Positions 57,234-64,000 of a stretch of 64,000 bases of DNA are shown here, piece after piece. Every line of letters begins with the position of its first letter. The stretch's first letter is position 1. The notes beneath the pieces are model-generated. The model had not been told where the DNA came from, ran no database searches, and was given only the letters and a program-made list of their open reading frames with translations. The stretch comes from Myxococcota bacterium (GTDB lineage Bacteria > Myxococcota > UBA4151): positions 6,219 to 70,218 of the forward strand of contig JBDQPD010000004.1 in assembly GCA_040260805.1 (NCBI GenBank), written 5' to 3'. The translations under genes and the position numbers were made by a program.

Positions 57234-58519
57234 TCGATCATGCCTCCTTCCTGCCAGCGCTGTAACATATATAAAGCCCCTCCATCTACACGGCCATCGG
57301 CATCTTTTGGCATGGCGCCAGCTTGAACCAAAGCGAAGATCGAATCGTAACGCTGCGACCAAGCGGTGTGACCCGACAGATCAACGGCTTGGGATGAAGG
57401 CGTTGCGTTGTGGCAATGCTCGCAATTGGTTTGGTAATAGGGCTCAATATCGTCGCAGTAGGTAGGCGGCGGCTGACCGTCGCCGCCTAAACGCACAAGT
57501 CGTTCCGTCCCCACCAGCCAGACACGCCCGTCTGAGGTCGGATGGATCCTCAAGACCGAATTCAACCCGAGCGGCATGGGTAAGGTCTCGATCTGATCAC
57601 CAACCCACGAACTCAATGCGTCAGCGGTCGCAATCCATACACCGTCGCCAGCCGAAGTTGCGCTGAGCGTCCAGGCTCGGCTGACCGGCTCAGCGCCGTC
57701 TTCGGAAGCCAGCGCAGTGCGGCGCCAAATCCACTCCCCTTGCGAGTGTGGGACTCGAGCCTTGAGCGCTCCTCCCTCGAGGGCGAACAGCCGATCTGAG
57801 GCGACCGGTACCACATCACGAAGCAGCCCCTGACCCGACAAATCGTGTTGCATGACCCCTGCCTCAGTCGTCTTGAGCAAAAGAGACTGACCACTCACGG
57901 TGGTCACGCTGACGGTCTGATGTGAACCCGCAATCATTTGGTAGACACCCGGGATTTGAGCCAGCTGCCCAAGTTGGGTGCCATCAAAAGTCCACAAGCC
58001 CTCTTCCAGCGCAATCCAAACGCTGTCGCCGACTCTGACGATGGCACGCACCGCTCCCGTCGGGAGTTCATCGTTGACCGGCGAGGCTTTGAGCAGACCA
58101 TCGTACACACTTAGGCCGCTCGCCGAAGCCACCCAAACAAACTCGTCGGTGACGCTCAATCCATACACCGCCCCCTCGTCGACTTCAGGGATCTGCTCTC
58201 CATCATGAACCGAAACGAGCGCATCAGCTTGCAGTCGAAAAAGACCAGTGGGTCCGCCCACCAGGGTTCCTAGGTCTGGGTGATGTGCGACGTAGATGTG
58301 GCTAGAACCCACCCAATCGGAAGGAAGCGCAAAGGAACGCTCAGGCATGGCGAGCTCGCCGACGACGGTCGGCTGAACGAAGATCTCTGGCACCGGTGGA
58401 TCAGGCGCCGGGTCTTGCGCGCACGAAACGAACACTGAGACGATGATCAGATTAACTATTCGCACTTGGGTTCGAGCTCCATTGAAGGGTAGGTAACACC
58501 TAAGTGTTGTCGACTCCAA
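57218..58519 (-). CDS. Lipoprotein with beta-propeller-like body and C-terminal c-type cytochrome motif
   Basis: Signal/lipobox ...VSVFVSC; repeated ...W(V/I)A... strands; C-terminal NCEHCHN = CxxCH heme-binding motif. Confidence 0.55.
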   Translation of the reverse strand: MESTTLRCYLPFNGARTQVRIVNLIIVSVFVSCAQDPAPDPPVPEIFVQPTVVGELAMPERSFALPSDWVGSSHIYVAHHPDLGTLVGGPTGLFRLQADALVSVHDGEQIPEVDEGAVYGLSVTDEFVWVASASGLSVYDGLLKASPVNDELPTGAVRAIVRVGDSVWIALEEGLWTFDGTQLGQLAQIPGVYQMIAGSHQTVSVTTVSGQSLLLKTTEAGVMQHDLSGQGLLRDVVPVASDRLFALEGGALKARVPHSQGEWIWRRTALASEDGAEPVSRAWTLSATSAGDGVWIATADALSSWVGDQIETLPMPLGLNSVLRIHPTSDGRVWLVGTERLVRLGGDGQPPPTYCDDIEPYYQTNCEHCHNATPSSQAVDLSGHTAWSQRYDSIFALVQAGAMPKDADGRVDGGALYMLQRWQEGGMIECDTP

Positions 58520-58549
58520 ATGGTCCGTCTCACTCGTTAGGAGATTGCG

Positions 58550-59473
58550 TTGTTACGATTATTGATCATCGCACCCGTTGTGATCCTCAGCGCCTGTTCC
58601 GCTGAGCCGATCCAGCTCAAAGTCACCACCTACAACGTGCTCTGCTCTTTTTGCGGTGACGGTCACTTCGACGACAACCCTTATGATGATTGGGCGACTC
58701 GCCTGCCCTACCTCAAAGACCAGCTCGCCGCACACGACGCCGACCTGATCGGTCTTCAAGAGCTGCTCTACACGGCACCTAACCCTGAACAATCCATCGA
58801 CGATGAGGTCGAAGTTCTAGGTGGTCGTGGTCCGGTCTATGCCAGCATCTACTACGAGCGTGACCCCTCCGACTTTCGCTCGTCGATGGATTATCCAGAC
58901 GCCACGATTCTCTACAAAGTCGACCGCTTCGAGCTGACACGCAGCGGACATTTCTGGCTCAGCCCGACCCCGGACGAGGCGTTTAGCGCTGGGTTTGATC
59001 CGGACGGACAGCTCCCTCGCCTGCTGGTCTGGGCTGAGTTTAAGATCAAAGAGACCTCACAGAGCTTAGTTTTTGCGACCACGCATGTGGACAACAACAG
59101 ACCGAGCCAAGAGCTGAGCTCACCGCTCATTCGGTCACGACTCCAAGAGATTGCGGGCGAGCTCCCTGTGATCTTGGTGGGTGATTTCAACAGCGGTTTA
59201 GAGCACCCAGCCTACCTGGACCTCACCCAAGACACCGAATACCCTTTTGAGGACACCTACTCGCTCGCCACCGCGCCGATCGCGACCGGTGATGCCAACC
59301 TGATCGAGGCATATCCCTGGCAGCGACGGATCGATCATATCTTTGTTCAACCCAGCGAACGCTTCGAGGTGAAGGACTGGTCGATTGATCTGATGACCTA
59401 TGCCGAGGGCAGCCGAACACCTTCTGATCATCGGCCGGTGCATACAACCCTCGAACTTTTGACCGATGAGTAA
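58550..59473 (+). CDS. Endonuclease/exonuclease/phosphatase (EEP) family protein, secreted
   Basis: Signal LLIIAPVVILSAC; GLQE, D-N...GDFN, SDHRPV EEP catalytic motifs. Confidence 0.75.
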   Translation: MLRLLIIAPVVILSACSAEPIQLKVTTYNVLCSFCGDGHFDDNPYDDWATRLPYLKDQLAAHDADLIGLQELLYTAPNPEQSIDDEVEVLGGRGPVYASIYYERDPSDFRSSMDYPDATILYKVDRFELTRSGHFWLSPTPDEAFSAGFDPDGQLPRLLVWAEFKIKETSQSLVFATTHVDNNRPSQELSSPLIRSRLQEIAGELPVILVGDFNSGLEHPAYLDLTQDTEYPFEDTYSLATAPIATGDANLIEAYPWQRRIDHIFVQPSERFEVKDWSIDLMTYAEGSRTPSDHRPVHTTLELLTDE

Positions 59474-59805
59474 AATTCGAGTCTTGACCCATTTCAAGCC
59501 GTTGAATTGACTAATTTATACAGACTCCTCACCTGCCTATCATACTGTTTTTTCAAAAAACTCGCCCTATTAGTCAATAAAACCAACAAAAACATAATGA
59601 TAAACGGTTTCAATGCGCCGGCTGCGGTACTTTTGAAAACTCCCCGACATCGACCGCATCGCGTGACCTAAGACGCCGGGTCTAACCTAGTTTTTTGATG
59701 TTTTGCCTAATATTTAGGCACATTTTCAAGGTGCTGAATTCTTGGGGTTTTCTATTTTGTGATTTGAGCCCCACAAAGCGTCCAAAAAGGCCATATTGGC
59801 CGTCT
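59474..59805. other. AT-rich ORF-free intergenic region between convergent genes, containing short palindromes
   Basis: GC content markedly lower than flanks; palindromes GTTTTTTCAAAAAAC (59547-59561), GCCTAA-TAT-TTAGGC (59705-59719), GGCCA-TAT-TGGCC (~59783-59795). Confidence 0.4.
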
Positions 59806-60111
59806 CTAGGACTGCTCAACCCAATCCATATATGGGGCATAACTACCCGCCTCATCGAGCGCTAAACTGAGGACTTCAGGCAGATCATAAGGGTGCTGCT
59901 TGACCAGTACCTCTCGCAGTTCATCAGCTTTCGCCGAAGCGACTTTAATCATCAACAACGACTCCGGCTCTTCGCAAAGCTCGCCTTGCCAACGGTAGAC
60001 GCTGGTGACCGAGTCGTTCACGCTCACACAAGCGGCGCCTAAATCGGTGACCAAGAGCCGGGCGAACGCGTTCGCATCTGACCTTGGAATCGAACACAAC
60101 AGCAGCTTCAT
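59806..60111 (-). CDS. cutA: Divalent-cation tolerance protein CutA
   Basis: MKLLLCSIP...SVYRWQGE...E CutA1 fold motifs; start at MKLL. Confidence 0.8.
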   Translation of the reverse strand: MKLLLCSIPRSDANAFARLLVTDLGAACVSVNDSVTSVYRWQGELCEEPESLLMIKVASAKADELREVLVKQHPYDLPEVLSLALDEAGSYAPYMDWVEQS

Positions 60112-60177
60112 CGAGTTGGCTCCTTGGCTTTTGCTCGCCACCTTCTTAGCTTGCGGCTAGGTTTTTCGGGAGTCACT

Positions 60178-61662
60178 ATGAGCCTTTGGCAAGTTATCGG
60201 CTGTGTTGTAGCTGGACTGTGTGCGGTGATTATCGTCCATGACTTGGTCCAGAAAAAGAAGCCGATTCTGCACAATTTTCCGCTGATTGGGCATCTTCGC
60301 TACCTGCTGATCGAGATCGGTCCCGAGCTGCGGCAATACCTCGTCGCTCACAACCGTGAGGAGGCTCCCTTTAACCGGCTCGAGCGCGAATGGATCTACG
60401 CCTCAGCGGAGCGCGGCAACAACACTTTTGGCTTTGGTACGGACGACCAAGTGTACGGTATCGGGTATCCGGTCATCAAACATTCGGTCTTTCCGATTCC
60501 CGATCATCATGACGGCGACCCAAGCCATCCGATCGCAGGCACCAAAATCATGGGCTTGAAGAACAATCGAGCCAAACCCTACCAGCCCACCTCCATCATC
60601 AACATCTCGGCGATGAGTTTTGGCTCACTCGGAATGAACGCCATCTCCTCGTTGAATCAGGGCGCGCTCAAAGCCGGCTGCTATCACAACACCGGCGAGG
60701 GCGGCGTCTCGCCTTATCATCGAAGCGGAGCCGACCTGTGTTACCAGCTCGGAACCGGTTACTTCGGCAGCCGAACGCCCCAGGGCGAGTTCAGCATCGA
60801 GCGGTTCACCGATCTGATCGCCGAGGTGCCCCAGATTCGCATGGTCGAGATCAAACTCAGTCAAGGCGCTAAACCCGGCAAGGGCGGTATTTTACCCGGC
60901 GCTAAAGTCACCCCCGAGATCGCAAAGATCCGCGGAATACCGGTCGGTGAGGACTGTATGAGTCCAAACTTTCACCGTGAATTCCATAACGTCGATACGC
61001 TGATCGATTTCGTCGAGCGCCTCGCTGAAGCGAGCGGTCGCCCAGTCGGCGTCAAGTCGGCCATCGGACAGATGGAATTTTGGACCGAGCTGACCGATCG
61101 AATGGCGGCTCGAGGGTGCGGGCCCGATTTTATCGCTGTGGATGGTGGAGAAGGCGGGACAGGCGCAGCGCCGCTCACCTTTACCGACCACGTCGCCTTG
61201 CCCTTCAAGGTGGGGTTTAATCGAGTCTACCAGGAATTCCTGCGCCACAACCTGTGTGAAGATATAACCTTCATTGGATCGGGAAAGCTCGGCTTTCCGG
61301 ATCGTTGCATCGTCGGGTTTGCTATGGGTGTTGATTTGATCAATGTCGCTCGTGAGGCGATGTTGTCGATCGGTTGTATTCAGGCTCAAAAGTGTCACAC
61401 CGGCTTCTGCCCTGCGGGCGTCGCCACTCAAAATATGTGGCTTCAGCGGGGACTTGATCCAACGCTCGGGGCTGAACGCTTTCAGGGCTACGTGGAAGCC
61501 TTCCGCAAGGAGGTGGAGATGGTGAGCTGGGCTTGCGGCAAGCATCACCCCGGAGAGTTCACTGGGGACGACATCGAGGTCTCAACCGGAGTGAACACCT
61601 TTAGCACGCTGTCCAAGGTGCTTGGCTACCATAAACCCGCCTACATCCACCCGGAAGTATGA
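60178..61662 (+). CDS. FMN-binding glutamate synthase family protein (GltB domain-2-like)
   Basis: N-terminal TM; ISAMSFGSLG...GEGG...; GGEGGTGAAP and Cys cluster CHTGFCPAG (Fe-S) typical of glutamate synthase-related proteins. Confidence 0.85.
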   Translation: MSLWQVIGCVVAGLCAVIIVHDLVQKKKPILHNFPLIGHLRYLLIEIGPELRQYLVAHNREEAPFNRLEREWIYASAERGNNTFGFGTDDQVYGIGYPVIKHSVFPIPDHHDGDPSHPIAGTKIMGLKNNRAKPYQPTSIINISAMSFGSLGMNAISSLNQGALKAGCYHNTGEGGVSPYHRSGADLCYQLGTGYFGSRTPQGEFSIERFTDLIAEVPQIRMVEIKLSQGAKPGKGGILPGAKVTPEIAKIRGIPVGEDCMSPNFHREFHNVDTLIDFVERLAEASGRPVGVKSAIGQMEFWTELTDRMAARGCGPDFIAVDGGEGGTGAAPLTFTDHVALPFKVGFNRVYQEFLRHNLCEDITFIGSGKLGFPDRCIVGFAMGVDLINVAREAMLSIGCIQAQKCHTGFCPAGVATQNMWLQRGLDPTLGAERFQGYVEAFRKEVEMVSWACGKHHPGEFTGDDIEVSTGVNTFSTLSKVLGYHKPAYIHPEV

Positions 61663-62771
61663 TGAAAAGACGTGATTTCTTAAAGAAGGCTGGACTCGGC
61701 GGGGCGGCAACCGCTGCCATCGCGTGCTCTAGTTCAGTGCCCTCGGCATCAGGCTCAGCTCCCGCCACGAAGGGTAAGAAAATCAGATGGCGCCTCGCGT
61801 CGAGTTTCCCCCGCGCCCTCGACACGATCTTTGGCTGCGCTGAGGTGTTTTCCGACCGACTCAAAGCGATGACTGATGGTCAATTTGAGGTCCGTGTGCA
61901 TCCGGCTGGCGAGCTGGTCCCAGGGCTTCAGGTGATGGACGCTGTCCAGCAAGGAACCGCTCAAGTCGGACATACCTGCTCGTACTATTATACCGGTAAA
62001 AACCCCGCCCTAGCCTTTGACACCTGCGTTCCTTTTGGACTCAACGCACGGCAACAAACGGCCTGGCTACTCGAGGCGGGCGGCCTCAAGCTCATCCATG
62101 AGCTGTTCAGCGATTTTGGAATCATCACTTTTCCCGGCGGAAACACCGGCACCCAGATGGGTGGCTGGTTCAAAAAAGAGCTCGCCAGCGCAGCAGACCT
62201 GAAGGGCTTGAAGATGCGCATCCCTGGAATGGGCGGCAAGGTCATGGCTCGGCTTGGCGCCAACGTTCAAGTGATCGCTGGCGGTGAGATTTTCCCCGCG
62301 CTTGAGCGCGGCGCGATCGATGCGACGGAGTGGGTTGGGCCTTATGACGACGAAAAGCTCGGGTTTTATAAAGTCGCCAAGAACTACTACTATCCAGGCT
62401 GGTGGGAGCCAGGTCCCTCGCTGAGCTTTTATGTGAACAAGAAAGCCTGGGAGGGGTTGCCTGCAGACTATCAAGCAGCCTTTCAACAGGCCGCTTTAGC
62501 CAGCGGTATGACCATGCAAAACCGTTACGATGCGCTCAACCCGCCTGCGCTCAAACGGCTTTTAGCGCAAGGAGTCAACCTTCAGCCCTTCCCCGATGAT
62601 CTGATGGTCGCCGCGCAGCGAGAGTCGCAAGCGATGCTCGAAGAAGAAGCGGCGAAGAACGCCAGCTACAAAAGGGTTTACGATCATTGGAGAAGCTATC
62701 GCACGGAAGCCTTTGATTGGTTCGGCAAAGCAGAGCTTGCCTACGCCAACGCGGCGTTCGGCTCGAAATAA
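61659..62771 (+). CDS. dctP: TRAP transporter substrate-binding protein (DctP family) with Tat signal
   Basis: MMKRRDFLKKAGLGGAATAAIACS; DctP-family fold; ATGA overlap with upstream gene. Confidence 0.8.
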   Translation: MMKRRDFLKKAGLGGAATAAIACSSSVPSASGSAPATKGKKIRWRLASSFPRALDTIFGCAEVFSDRLKAMTDGQFEVRVHPAGELVPGLQVMDAVQQGTAQVGHTCSYYYTGKNPALAFDTCVPFGLNARQQTAWLLEAGGLKLIHELFSDFGIITFPGGNTGTQMGGWFKKELASAADLKGLKMRIPGMGGKVMARLGANVQVIAGGEIFPALERGAIDATEWVGPYDDEKLGFYKVAKNYYYPGWWEPGPSLSFYVNKKAWEGLPADYQAAFQQAALASGMTMQNRYDALNPPALKRLLAQGVNLQPFPDDLMVAAQRESQAMLEEEAAKNASYKRVYDHWRSYRTEAFDWFGKAELAYANAAFGSK

Positions 62772-62774
62772 CGC

Positions 62775-64000
62775 TCAGCCGGTGACCAAGCTTGGGAAGA
62801 TACAGACCAACGCTAAGGCCACCACCTGAATCGCAATGAACGGTAGCACGCCTCGATAAATTTGCCGCGTTTCGAGCTCTGGAGGCGCCACGCCGCGCAG
62901 GTAAAACAGGCTAAAGCCAAAGGGCGGCGTCAAGAAGCTGGTTTGAAGATTCATAGCGATCATCACCCCGAACCAGACCAAGTCGATATCGAGCGCCCGC
63001 GCTGCCGGAACCAATAGGGGCAAGATGATAAAGGCGATCTCAAAGAAGTCGATGAAAAAGCCTAAGATAAAGATCGTCAGATTAGCGACGATCAACATGC
63101 CGATCGTGCCGCCAGGTAATCCGGTCAGTAGATCCTCGATCAACAAGTCGCCGCCCAAGCCTCTAAAGATCAAGGCGAAGGCTGTTGAACCGACCAACAA
63201 GAACAAAACCATCGCGGTTAGGTGACTCGTCTCTTCTGCGGACTCCCGCAACGCCTTGAGGGTGAAGCGGCGGTTGAGTGCGGCTAGAACCATGGCGCCC
63301 ACCGCTCCGAGCGCGCCGGCCTCGGTCGGCGTGGCGACGCCGGCAAAGATCGAACCCAACACGATCAAAATCAAAGCCAGGGGAGGCACCAAAACCCACA
63401 GCACGCGGGCGAACAGCTCGGCGGTCGAACCCGGCAAAGCCTCGGGGGGTAAAGCCGGCGCAACATCGGGCTGACGCCAGGCGATAAAGATCACGTAAGC
63501 GACGTACATGCTGGCGAGCATCAAACCGGGCACCAGGGCGCCGACGAACAAGTCGCCAACGCTGATCCCCAGCTGGTCTGCCAGGACAACCAAGACCACG
63601 CTCGGCGGGATGATCTGCCCGAGCGTACCCGCCGCGGTGATGACCCCTGCGCTCAGCTCCTTGCTGGTCCCGTAACGCATCATCACCGGCAGCGAGATCA
63701 TGCCCATGGCGACGACTGAGGCGCCCACCACGCCCGTCGCTGCGGCGAGCAAAGCACCGACCAACACAACCGCGACCGGCAATCCCCCCCGAAACCGACC
63801 AAAGAGTTGCCCGATCGTGGTGAGCAAATCCTCCGCCAGCTTGGAGCGCTCAAGCATGGTGCCCATAAAGATAAAGAAAGGGACCGCGAGCAGGACATAA
63901 TTGCCCATAATGCCAAAGATTCGGGCGGGTAGTGCGTTGAGCAAAGCCCAGTCAAAGGCACCGACACCCACCCCAATTGCCGCAAACCCCAGGGCGCTAC
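62775..64000 (-). CDS. dctM: TRAP transporter large permease DctM (N-terminus beyond window edge)
   Basis: Polytopic membrane protein with DctM motifs (FGIMGNYVLLAVPFFIFMGTMLE); ORF continues past position 64000. Confidence 0.8.
   Translation of the reverse strand, partial: SALGFAAIGVGVGAFDWALLNALPARIFGIMGNYVLLAVPFFIFMGTMLERSKLAEDLLTTIGQLFGRFRGGLPVAVVLVGALLAAATGVVGASVVAMGMISLPVMMRYGTSKELSAGVITAAGTLGQIIPPSVVLVVLADQLGISVGDLFVGALVPGLMLASMYVAYVIFIAWRQPDVAPALPPEALPGSTAELFARVLWVLVPPLALILIVLGSIFAGVATPTEAGALGAVGAMVLAALNRRFTLKALRESAEETSHLTAMVLFLLVGSTAFALIFRGLGGDLLIEDLLTGLPGGTIGMLIVANLTIFILGFFIDFFEIAFIILPLLVPAARALDIDLVWFGVMIAMNLQTSFLTPPFGFSLFYLRGVAPPELETRQIYRGVLPFIAIQVVALALVCIFPSLVTG

Noticed and set aside
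59474-59805. Mobile element or genomic-island remnant in the AT-rich spacer; also scanned for tRNA
   Set aside because: There are no terminal inverted repeats of IS type and no transposase or integrase ORF. There is no cloverleaf-compatible GC-rich segment or T-loop (GGTTCGANTCC) motif. It is kept only as an unexplained noncoding region.

Overview
This 64 kb window is high-GC (roughly 58-60%) and densely coding. The gene content looks like a Myxococcota/Bradymonadales-like deltaproteobacterium. Supporting markers are MJ0042 zinc-ribbon plus AgmX/PglI C-terminal domain proteins, MopE-type and 'Myxococcus cysteine-rich' repeat proteins, a DUF4388 protein, a PEGA-containing Ser/Thr kinase and an ftp-like type III PKS cluster. 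No rRNA, tRNA, CRISPR array, transposase or integrase was found.

Housekeeping blocks:
- An lptF-lptG-Ser/Thr kinase-tsaD operon on the plus strand.
- gdhA and typA/bipA.
- A complete Na+-NQR operon (nqrABCDEF), preceded by a stomatin/NfeD pair.
- A fructosamine kinase and a MATE efflux pump.
- rmuC and cutA.
- A glutamate-synthase-family FMN protein.
- A TRAP transporter (dctP, partial dctM).

Accessory or unusual content:
1. A bacterial-microcompartment (BMC) satellite locus at the 5' end. Two tandem BMC-P (EutN/CcmL/PduN) vertex genes sit next to a class II aldolase.
2. An ftp-like phenolic-lipid cluster: type III PKS, ICMT-family methyltransferase, ACP, FAAL and a flavoprotein.
3. A tight eight-gene minus-strand operon (42.7-48.8 kb). 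It contains three AIM24/DUF124 paralogs, an MBL hydrolase, an orphan SctU/FlhB switch protein, a small acidic protein, an LcrH/SycD-like TPR protein, and a Cys-free Gly-rich protein whose C-terminal helix resembles T3SS needle proteins. This is the most likely candidate for an undescribed system.
4. A pair of giant paralogous TSP3-repeat lipoproteins flanking an HExxH protein.
5. A secreted protein with nine MopE repeats and two SRCR-like domains.
6. A DUF1501/DUF1549-1553/cytochrome c lipoprotein cluster.
7. A 330-bp AT-rich ORF-free region between convergent genes.
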